Source: Terriglobia bacterium (GTDB taxonomy: Bacteria; Acidobacteriota; Polarisedimenticolia; Polarisedimenticolales; CAVOVZ01). Taken from it: a stretch of 64,000 nt of DNA. The position numbers and the translations under genes are program-made. The stretch is taken from assembly GCA_963699985.1 (NCBI GenBank), contig CAVOVZ010000028.1, forward strand, positions 32,013 through 96,012. Direction: 5' to 3'. Below are positions 20,226 to 31,000 of this stretch, one piece after another. The notes under the pieces were generated by a model. The model did no database searches, was not told the DNA's origin, and saw only the letters and a program-made list of their open reading frames with translations. Each line of letters begins with the position of its first letter. The stretch's first letter is position 1.

Positions 20226-21141
20226 ATGCAGCTTGGTTCTCCTCGACCGGGGATGGATCTGGCCCTCATGCAGCTTCCGGCGCGCATGCACCGGGCGCTT
20301 CGGCTCTTTCGCAAGATCACCGGCCAGTCCGCCGTGACCAGTCTCGCCCACGCGATTCCGGAGGCAGGGAGGCCGCTGTCGCTGGTGCCGCCGGTCCATC
20401 CGCGCTGCGCCAGGCGGCTTCGATCGGTGCGCGTCGCGCCTTGCAGCGGGCAACGGCTGGTTCACCTGCGGTCCGGTCGTCGCTCCGCGCGCGTCCATAC
20501 CCATACGTGTCCGATGAGAATGCACTGCTCGTGCGTTCCGATCCGTTTCGGAGACCAGCTGGTCGGCGTGGCGAAGCTGGTCGTGGACCCCGAGGTATCC
20601 GATGGGGTCTTCTCCGCGGCCGTCCGCGTCCTCGAGCTCATCGTGACCGAAACATGCCAGGCCTCCGTCGTCGGCTTGCTGGCAGAGGAGGTTCGAGTCC
20701 TTGCGGCGAAGCGTGGCGGACCTGCAGAGGATCCGGAACAACGGCGGACCGGGAGCCGGCGCCTCGGACCCCACCGCCCCTGCGACCCTCGGCGAGGGTG
20801 CCGAGGCCGACAACGTCGCGCTCGTGCACCGCGTCCTCACGCATCTGAGGAAGCACTATCAAGAGCCGAGCCTGTCCCTTTCGGGCATCGCCGCCGCTGT
20901 CGGGTGCAATCCGAGGTACGTGACGTCGCGGTTCACGACGATCGTGGGCGAGCACATGCACAACTACCTGAACGGGCTCCGGGCGGCCCACGCATGCGGG
21001 CTCCTCATGACGACAGAGCTGCTCGTCAAGGAGGTCGCATACGCGTCGGGCTTCCGCGGTCCGAGACCGATGGTGCGCGCGTTTCGGCGCCAGGTCGGCG
21101 TGTCTCCCCGAGACTATCGCCGGATGTTCGTCGGTCCGTGA
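20226..21141 (+). pseudogene. AraC-family transcriptional regulator with a PocR-like Cys/His sensor N-terminus. One frame change near ~20700.
   Basis: N-terminal frame ..HTHTCPMRMHCSCVPIRFGDQLVGVAKLVVDPE..LLAEEVRVL. The 20701 frame then reads RRSVADLQRIRNN..LVHRVLTHLRKHYQEPSLSLSGIAAAVGCNPRYVTSRFTTIVGEHMHNYLNGLRAAHACGLL..VKEVAYASGFRGPRPMVRAFRRQVGVSPRDYRR (AraC HTH). The start choice (20226 or 20253) is uncertain. Confidence 0.75.
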
Positions 21142-21612
21142 CCCCGTCGCGCCTCCCACGCCCCCGACTCTGATTTCCTGTCCCTCGATCTGACTTTTCG
21201 GCACACGAATGCGTCTCGGCTGCGCACCGGAATGCCTTAAGTTGCCTTGCATCCACGTGGCCGGGATTCCGACCGCCGAGGGTCTTGACGGGGCGGGGGC
21301 TCCGTTTCGTCTCCGACGGAAAGAGGGCGTAGCGATGTTCCGGCTTCGCGGGCTTCATGGCTCGGGGGCGGACCGCGGCCGGGCGGTGCGATCCCCCGAG
21401 CTGGCTGCGATGTGTCCTTGAACGCCAGAGCCGCGCAGCGGACTCTCGAGGTGTCCTTCGCGGGACGACCGGCTACGAGTCCCCTCCCATCCGGGTCCCA
21501 TCGCCCGGAGTCCCTGCGAGAACGCCGATGTGTGCGGACCGCCTGCCGGCAGTTTGCGGATGATCCCGGGAAAGGAGGACGGACCATGGTCGGAACACGA
21601 CGCACCCCTCTT

Positions 21613-21985
21613 GAGAAACAGATGCTCGGGGGCTTTGCCCCAGAACCCCCACTCCCGCCCTCCGCGACGCCGGCGGACCGGCATCGCTCCGGTTGGGCTT
21701 GTTTCTTCCCGAGGTGTCGGGCTGCACGCCCGTACCGCGCTCCTAAGAAACAGCGCCGCGGGGGCTTTGCCCCCGAACCCCCACTCCCGCCCTCCGCGAC
21801 GCCGGCGGACCGGCATCGCTCCGGTTGGGTGTGTTTCCTCCCGAGGTGTCGGGCTGCACGCCCGTACAGCGCTCCTAAGAAACAGCGCCACGGGGGCTTT
21901 GCCCCCGAACCCCCACTCCCGCCCTCCGCGACGCCGGCGGACCGGCATCGCTCCGGTTGGGTGTGTTTCTTCCCGAGGTGTCGGG
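21613..21985 (+). repeat. Repeat family A: three tandem ~122-123-bp structured units
   Basis: The unit is aaacag..gggggctttgcccc.gaacccccactcccgccctccgcgacgccggcggaccggcatcgctccggttggg..tgtttc.tcccgaggtgtcggg(ctgcacgcccgtac.gcgctcctaag). It occurs three times with few mismatches. Internal hairpins are ggggc-ttt-gcccc, gcgacgccgg-cgga-ccggcatcgc and cccga-ggtg-tcggg. The same unit occurs inverted at 62505..62760. Confidence 0.9.
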
Positions 21986-22014
21986 AGAACGTCCGTGAGG
22001 CTGCTAACGAGACG

Positions 22015-25000
22015 ATGCGAAATCCTCGGTGTCGCGTAGCACACCGCGGTCTCGTTTCCGCGCTGCTGCTCCTCGCGTTTGCCGGTGGACCGCCGCCGGC
22101 CCTGCTTGCCGCGCCGCCGGAGCGCGGCACCGGAAGCTCCGTGGCGGCGCACGCGCCGTCGGCGCTCCCGCGCCTCTTTCCGCGATCCAGCTACGCGTGG
22201 CCGTTCTCCGCGGGACCCGTCTATGGACCTCTCGTCGAGGAATCGGCCGATCTGCGCGGCGCGGTCCTCCTTCGGACCGACGTCGGCTCCTTCGATCTGA
22301 CCCTCGGCACTCCGCCGTTTCCGCCGGAGCTGCGCTCGAACGGTGAGATCGATCCACGGGCGGGGAGCTACTTCATCGTCGTGGCGGATCCGGAGCGCAC
22401 CGGGGACGGAGTCCTCGAGCGACTGCGGGAGGCGATCGTGAACCCGGGCGGAGCGATCGTGGAGGAGATGGGGGGGGCCGCCTACGCGGTTCGACTGAAC
22501 GCCGGTGCGCCTGCCGCGATCCGGGAGATCCCCGGCGTGCTGGCGGTCGAGCCGTACCATCCCGCCTTCAAGCTCTCCCCGCACATCGGAAGGTCGCCGC
22601 TTCCGGATCCGGTGAAGGCGGTCTCGCCGATCTACGACCTCGACCTGCTGCTCTTCCCGGGCGAGGACGCGAACGCCGTCGCGCGAGCGATCCGGAATCT
22701 CGGTGGAAACGTGCTCGCGGTCGCGCCCAACGCGGTCCGCGCCGAGCTGCACCGGGATCGGTTCGCGAACGCCGCGGGGATCGGCGCGATCCGCAAGATC
22801 TACGAGCACCTCCCCGTGTTCGTCCACGGGATCGAGACGACGACCACGATGCAGACGGGGAGCTACCACGGCGGCGCCGTGCCGTTCCACGATGCGAAGG
22901 TGAACGGCGGCGGCCTGCCGGGAACGTGCAGCGCGAGCACGACCATCCAGTGCCAGGGGAATGGGGATTGTCCGGTGGCGCAGACGTGCAACGGCGCGGG
23001 CACGCCGCAGGTTCTCATGATCCTCGACTCGGGCATCGAGCTGGACGCCGGCGATCTGTCCGACGCTCGGACCGCACCCGGCATCCCGGGGGCGACCCAC
23101 CGCAAGGTGCGCGTCTACCAGACCGTGAATCCGTTCGGCGGATCGGGTGACCTGCTGGGCTGCGACTCGGCAACGAACGGCGGCTCCACCCACGGCCACG
23201 TGGTCGCAGCCACGGCGCTCGGCAACGCCACGGCCGTCCCACTCCGATACGGCGCCGGCTGGGTCGAGCGAGACCACGACGGCAGATCGTGGCCGATCGA
23301 CGGCGTCGCGCCGCGCGCAGTCCTGGTGGCCTACGACGCCAACGTCACGCCCCTGTCGGGAAGCTGCGGCGATCCGCAGAACGGCGCGCTCGTCATCGGC
23401 TCGATCTACGCGGGCGAGGGCGTGGGGGCCTCCCTCGAAACGGCCTACCACTCGCACGGCGCACGGACCTACGACTTCTCTTGGGGAACGACGAACTCCC
23501 CGATCTACGGCTCGCACGCGAACAGCGTCGACAGCTTCCTCGTAAGCGCTGCTCACCCCGATGCGATGATCTTCCTCTCGGCCGGAAACGATGGGCGCGA
23601 CGAGAGCGCCGACTTCGTCCCGGACCCCGGCTCGATCTCGGATCCGGCGACGGCGAAGAACGCGGTCGTTGTCGGAGGAAGCGGCAACACCTCCGAACCG
23701 GTCGATGGGAACGACCCGTACCCGCAGAACGTCCGCTACCCCTTCTCGGGGGTGGGCCCCGCGACGGCCGTGTCCCAGCGCGTCGCCCCGTTGCTCATGG
23801 CGCCGGCGTTCGACTCCGGCGGCAGGTTCCAGAACGGCTTCCCGGACGCCGGCCTGGGAACGACGGCCGGCGACGGCGTCGAGTCCGGAGGCATGGGATT
23901 CCGCTCCGAGTTCTCGTGCCGGTCGAGCGACAACGACCAGAATGCGCCGGTGGAGTGCCACGTTGCCCAGGGCCTGGCCGGCACGAGCGTCGCTTCCGCG
24001 GCGGCCGCAGGAGCGGCGATGCTGGTCCGAGACTACTTCGCGCAGGGGTTCTATCCCGACGCGACCTCGGGCAACCCGGGGAACTCCTCCGACGTCGTCA
24101 CGAATCTCTCCGGCGCCATGGTGAAGGCGATCCTGATCGCATCCGCAGCGTGGATGGACGCCTCGACGCCCGACTCGCCCACGAACGCCGCCGGAATCCC
24201 TGTCCGCCTGAGCCTCAACTACCGCTTCAACCGCGAGCAAGGGTACGGGCGCATCCAGCTCGACAACGCCCTGCCGCTCCAGAGCCACAATCCCAGCCCG
24301 ATCGGCATGATCGTCGCGGACGGCGGCGTTCCGGGCGGAAGGCTCGACATCCCCGGCCTGACCGGGTCCATCAATACGACGATCGGCGGGAGTGATACGG
24401 GCACGATCACGGTCTGCGACGATGCCAGGGAGCTGCGTATCGCGCTGGTCTGGATGGACACGACCGGCGACGTCCTGAACCGCAATCTGGACCTCGAGGT
24501 GCAGTCCCCGTCCGGCAAGGTGTACTTCGGGAACTACTTCACCGACGACAACAACAGGAACGGAGTCATCGATAGCGGTGAGGACTGCCCCGGCAGCGTC
24601 ATCACCGGCTCGCCGACGAGCCTCGACGAGTCGCCATGGAGCCTGCCGGCGTGCGCGAACTCGGCGCGGGACAACCGGAACCCCACCGAGGCGGTCTTCC
24701 TCTCTCCCGACCCCCGGCGTAACGGCGTGGAAGCAGGAAGCGAGACCGACAAGCAGACCGAGGCCGGCATCTGGACGATCCGCGTGAAGACGGGGGCCGG
24801 ATCCGCCTCCACCACGAGCCAGCGGTACGCCGTGGTCGTGACCGGAGGCGTCTGTCCCGGCTCGTCGATCCGATTCGACCGTGCGAGCTACGCCTGCAAC
24901 GAGAGCGTGAGTGTCGTGGTCGGCGAAAGGGACGAGGCGGGCGACCCGGCGGCCGGCCTCAACGCCGCCGAGGTGGCGGGCCGGACGGTTCTCGAGGTCG

Positions 25001-28000
25001 TTAGCACGGGCGCGGATGGTGTGTACGGCACCGCCGACGACACGGTCGCGGACACCGAGGACGGCACGAGCGGCCTGACGTTCGCTCAGACGGGGCTCTC
25101 GTTCGGCTCGAGCAGCATCCCCATCGTCGTTGTTGCCACCGGGACGCCGCGGGATGGTCTGCTTCAGGTCGGCAGCGGAACGGTTCTCAGGGCAACCTAT
25201 CAGGACGAGACGAGCGGAGCGGCGAACCCGAACCAGAAACGCACCAACCTGGCCGCCGTCGTGTGCCAGCCTTCGGTGAGTACCGCCGGCGTCGTCTTTT
25301 CCCAGTTCGGCTTCGACACGGCCCAGCTGGTCGAGGGCGGTTGCGAGCGCGACGCTCGCGGCCTCTTCACGTTCGGCTTCCCCGACCGGTACATGGACTC
25401 GGGGGAGCGGATCGGGTATCGCGTCGCGTTCCGGTCGAGCGAGACTGCGGACCTCACGGGCGTCGTCGTTTCCCTGCGATGCGTCCTCTCCGACTCCGAC
25501 AGCCCGTGCGAGTGCCGGCCGGGCACGACCGACTGTGCCGATCCGGACCGGACGAACAACGTTCCCTGCGGGTCGCTCCTCACCATTCTCGACTCCCCGA
25601 AGAACCTCGGCGCTCTTCCGGTGGGAGGCATCGCCACCCCGAGCTTCAACATCCAGATGGGCACGTTCTCCGGCCTGCTGAAGGTGCAGATGCTGTTGGG
25701 AGTCTCGGCGAAGGCTTCGGGAAAACCCGCCGAGAGCCTGCTGGCCTTCTGCGACACTCTCAACGCCGACGAGCGGTCGTTCTTCTACTCCACCGACTTC
25801 CCGACCGGAGGCTCCGAGGTTCTCGATCACGACAACGACGAGGTGGCGGAGAACCCGAGCACGAATGCAGGGGACGCGTCCAGGGACTACCGCTTCGACA
25901 CGATGACCTGGTCGTCCATCACCGCCACGGGGCGGAACGTCGGATTCACCGGGCCGTGGAGCTTCGATTCGTCCGGCAACGGCTTCCGGGTCGGTTGGAA
26001 CAATACGTCGACCCGGGGCCTTGCGGAAACCGTCGCCAACTGGGGGGAGGACAAGAACTTCAACGGGGTGCTCGACTACGCCTGCGCGCTGTCGCCCACC
26101 ATCGCCTGTCCGGGGGCGTTCCCCGTTCAGGCGTGTGGGCGGTGCTCGAACAACTCCAGCATCATCTGCGTGGGCAGCAGCAACGCGCCGTGCGGCGGCG
26201 GCGTTACGATCTGCGTCACCGACGTCTCTCTGGGCTCCTGCGTCTCCGAGGAGGACCGCGACCCGCAGAACGGCCTGCTCGACGACAACTGGAGCACGGT
26301 GGGCGGCTGCGGCTGGCAGACGAACGGGACGACGAGCTCCCCCACCACACCGGGCGGCGCGTGGCACACCGGCAGGATCGGCGTCCCGGGCTCACCGTGT
26401 CTCGTCTCGGGAAGCAGCCCGGGCGCCTGTCAGAGCTACGAGGTGCTGACCGGAACGAGCAACGTCAAGACGCAGTGGGAGATCTTGCTCTCGCCGGTCT
26501 TCGAGAAGGTCAATCAGTGCAACACGGAAGTGGGCCCGCTTCCCGCGGGCTGCGGGGGACAGCTCGACACCGCGACGGAGAAGGTCTTCGAGGTCGAGTT
26601 CATGGACTGGGCCTGGAACATGGCCGCGGACCTGCCCGACCGTCTTGCCGAGATCCGCTACGAGCTCGACACCGACACGACGAAGCCGGCGCCCGTCGAT
26701 CTGATCAACGACGACGTCGTCCTGAACGCGATCACCAGGGACTCGATGCTCGATCCCACGGACAAGGCCTTCGCACCGATCCAGGGCTCGACCTCGCAGA
26801 ACGGGACGGTGGGAAACAACCGCGTCGGACGCAACCCGTGCTACTTCGAGCAGACTCCCCGGAGTCATCCCCTCCGCCTCGCCGAGCCGAAGGACGACGA
26901 TCTCGACAACAACGGGAACGGTCCGGTGGACGAGCTCGTGTCGCCGAACGGCCCGATCCGAAACTTCGACCTGAGCCTCGTCGGCACGCCCGACATGCGC
27001 TTCACGACCCTGGACGACGTCTACGGCGAGCGCCCCGGCGAGAGCTTCCAGGCGGCCATCGGCTTCCGCGTGCTCGAGGGCGACACGGCCCGGGGCGCCG
27101 CGCAGCCGGGCTTCGGGGTGACCGTGGACGACATGGTCGTGAAGTGGCGCGAATTCAGGCTGGTCGAGGATGCGGTGGATTGCGCCGCGACAGGCGCGTG
27201 CGCCACGGTGCAAACGGATTCGAGCACGATCTTCGACGGAAACGGCCTCCTCACGATCACCGTCACCGACACCTCCCCGTACCGCTGCGTGGGAGGCCCA
27301 CCCTGCGCGCCGGAGGGAAAGAACGACTGCAACCACAACGGCTCGTTCGCGGACCCGGTCGACGACGGCGACTGCGACCACGACGGCACGCCGGACGTGC
27401 CGGTCCGGGTCTTCTCGGGAGCCGAGCCCGCGGGCGAGTGGGTGGTCCTCGATCGGATCGGGGCCGGCCCCTCGTACCGGGGCACGCTGCCGCTCTCGCT
27501 GGGCGCCGACGCGGCCGGGGTGCTCCGGGTCTCCGAGCAGGGCGGACTGAACGACGACATCACGACCCGTTACATCGACGACTGGGACGGAACGACGTCG
27601 GGGAGCGGCTGCCGCAACGATGCGGACCCCTTCAGGCAGGGCATTGTCGATCAGGGGATCGACCTGGTGATCGGGACGACCGGCAACGTCGTGGTCACGA
27701 CGTTCCGTGTGGACGACAGCGCGTCGCTGGCCCCGTTGAACGACGGCGACGGCTATCCGGACACCAACGAAACGTTCGATCTCTACGTGACGATCTCGAA
27801 CAAGAGCCACGTCAACCTGACGAACGTCGTGCTGCATGCGGGCGTGAACGATCCGAAGATCGAGTGCTCGATCCACTCCGTTGCCATGATGGCCTCCCTG
27901 GCGGCCGACGCGACCGTCGAGGTGCCGAGCCCGTTCCGGTTCAAGGTGAGCGCGACCGCCGACCGCGCGGGCACCGCTCCTGCCGCGACGTGCTCGAACG

Positions 28001-31000
28001 GCGCGTGCTCGAACGGCGCAGGCCCCTGCGTCGGTTCGGCCCAATGCATGAAGACTCCCAGCGACGACTACTCCGCGCAGTTCACGATCCCGCTGTCGGC
28101 GAACCAGTTCGACCTCAACGCGGCGCCCCAGCGGATCGCGCTCGATCTCGATCTAGACGCCGTCAATCCGGTGATCGCGACGTCGAGCTTCACCGAGGGG
28201 TTCGAAGGAGGGTTCGGGAATTTCCAACTCCTGAACCTCGACGCCAACATCGCCAGCAGCACGCTCTCGAACGGGATGCGCTGTCCGTACAGCGATCCCG
28301 ACTTCCCCGGCTCCAACGCGTACGGGAACACCGAGTGCTACCTCGGTTTCGCGGCCGGGCAGTCGCCGATCAACGATTGGCACATCCACACCACCACTTC
28401 TCCCGACGGCGGGCGCGCGTATCTCGGGAATCTGTCGCTCCATTACGGCAAGCACACGCCGGGAAACGCAAATCTCGATACGTACGGGCTCAGCCAGATG
28501 GACGCGCTCCGCACGAAGAACAACATCAACCTGGCGGCGCGCGTCTGCGCGGCGCTCCAATCCGGACAGGTGAAATCCTGCAATACTCCCGCGGACTGCA
28601 CGAGCCCTGCGAGCGCCTGCGTCGCGGCGAGCCCGGTCCTCTCCTTCAAGCATCAGGTGTCGCTTCTGGACAGCCGCGGCACGAACGCACCGGAGGGGCA
28701 GGCGGCGGATCGGGCGGTCGTGTATGCGCAGCTCTCCGGCTCGACCGTCTGGCAGAAGATCCACCCGTACGAAAACGTCTACGATCAGCAGGCAACCGAC
28801 TCCTTCGCGAACTGCACGTTCGACCCCGTCGACGACGGGAACACCGAGGACAGCTACTTCGACCCGACCGATCCGAGCCGCCGGCTGGGACCATCCTCAA
28901 CCTGTTTCCCCGAGTTCGTCTTCTCCAGGTCGGGAGCCACGGACGGGCCCTTCAGCCCGACGCATATCAACCTGGCGAGCGATGGTCCCGGCCTGCAGGG
29001 GAGCCTCGGCCAGGGAACCTGGGTTCAGTCGTCGTTCGATCTGTCGCGCTATCGCGGCCGCTCGATCAAGCTCCGCTTCCTGGTCAGCACGATCAAGTCG
29101 TCGGATACGCCGACGGCGGAGGCGGCGTTCGTTTGGAACCCGCGGCCGGACGACGATGGGTGGTACATCGACGACGTCCGCGTCACGCAGGCGCTGGGCA
29201 CCTCCTCGCCGACCACGACGAGCGACACCCAGAACCACGGCAGCTCGTCCTGCGGATTGCCGTGCAGCACTCTGACTCCGATGCTCCTCGCCGCTCCTTC
29301 CCCTTCTCCGGCACCGGGCCGCCTCGTGACCTTGAGCGCGTCCGCGATCGTGGACCGATGCGTGGACGGGGTCCTGCTGTACCAGTTCTGGATCGACGTC
29401 GACGGCAACGGAGCGATCGGCCCGATCGACGTGCTGCTCCGGGACTACGGCGTCGATCCAGTTTTCCGGGACGCTCCGGACGTCACCACCCGGTACCTCA
29501 CGCAGGCGAAATGCACCTCGTCGACCAGCGGACCCTGCGCCGGCTCGCTTGCAGCCGCGATCCTCGTGGTGCTCAACGTCTCGTGTGACGACGGAAACGA
29601 CTGCACGCTCGACACCTACGTCCCGCAGTCGGGATGCGTGCACACTCCCCTCCCCAACGGGATGCCGTGCGACGATCACGAACCCTGCACGGAGCCGGAC
29701 GCGTGCAGCGGCGGAGCCTGCGTGGGAGCCGCGGTCCCGGCACCGGCGGAGGTCCAGGGGGTCCGGCTCGCCCGGAGCGGGGGAAGCGCGCTGATCACCT
29801 GGAACCCGGTCGCCGGAGCCACCGGTTACGACATGATTCGCGTGCAGGGCGGGCTTCCCGTAGGTCGACCGGGCGGGATCGAGGTGTGCATCGCCGAGGA
29901 TCTGCTCGGCACCTCGTGGACGGACGGCGACAACCCGTTCTCCAACCAGCTGTTCGTTTACGTTCCGCGAGCCCAGGGTAGCTGCCGCGCGGGCTCCTAC
30001 GGCTACGGGGGCCTGCGTGGAGTCCCGTCGGGGCTGCGGGAGACATCCACCTGCTCCGCGGTCGCGACCTGCCCCGCGGTACCCACTCCTGCCTCTTGCG
30101 GCAATGGCGTGAGGGACGCAGGAGAGGAGTGCGACGGTCTCGAGGATCCGGCCTGCGTCGGCCTGTGCCGGAGCGATTGCATCTGCGGACACTGCGGCAA
30201 CGGGACGATCGACGCCCCGGAGCAGTGCGACGACGGCAACAACGCCAACGGCGACGGCTGCGACGCCGACTGCGTCACCGAAACCTGCGGCAACGGCAAG
30301 GTGCAGGCGGGGGAGCAGTGCGACGGATCGCAGGCCCTCGCCTGCAGGCAGCCGGGGGAGTGCCAGCCCGGCTGCGTTTGCGCCACCGTGTCGCCGTCCC
30401 CGACCTGCGGCAACGGCGTCGTGGACGATCCTGCGGAGGAGTGCGACGGCACGGCCGACGCAGCGTGTCCCGGGCGGTGTAATGCGGGGAGCTGCACGTG
30501 CGCTCAGGCGACCGGCGTGACGAGCCCTCCCCCCGTGCCGGGCGATGGAGACCAGTCGTCCCCGCCGTCGAACGTGATCGAGGTAACCCAGGAGGCGTTC
30601 GATACGCTCGCCGCCCTGGAGCGGGGCGACTCAGTGCACGACCACTCCAGCGTGCCGGGATTGCCCTCCTTCATTCAGAGCTTCTTCGGCCAGTTCCCGG
30701 ACCCGGGGGCTCCCACCGCGATCTGCCGAAACCTCGTGACCCCTCCACGCGGGCCAGCCGCGGGGTGCGCCGATCTGGATTCCCTGGAGTTCGACAACGG
30801 GTCCTACGACGCCGACGCCACCCCGGGCGCTTTGTCGCTCCTCATCTCCACGAACCGGGTCTGCGGCTTCGGAGACCATCCGGTCACGCTCAGCGTGCAG
30901 GATGGCAGCGGCCGCACGGGTCGCTGCGTCGCCAACGTTCGGGTGTGCGACCCGGAGCAGGGCGCGGCCTGTCCGTCTCTGCTATGTCAGGACGCTGCGC

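Noticed and set aside
21613-21985. Possible CRISPR array (regular ~122-bp periodicity)
   Set aside because: The whole 122-bp unit is conserved, including what would be the spacers. The unit is far longer than CRISPR repeats, no cas genes are present, and the same unit recurs inverted at 62.5 kb. It is a tandem repeat element, not a CRISPR array.
21355-26367. 1,670-aa minus-strand ORF opposite the S8 gene, with analogous giant shadow ORFs at 32466..36125(+), 40453..45363(+), 25263..29588(+) and 8584..9162
   Set aside because: The opposite or overlapping frame carries clear domain motifs (S8 triad, FG-GAP, EGF-like). The shadow ORFs are Arg/Gly/Pro-rich and lack any recognisable motif.
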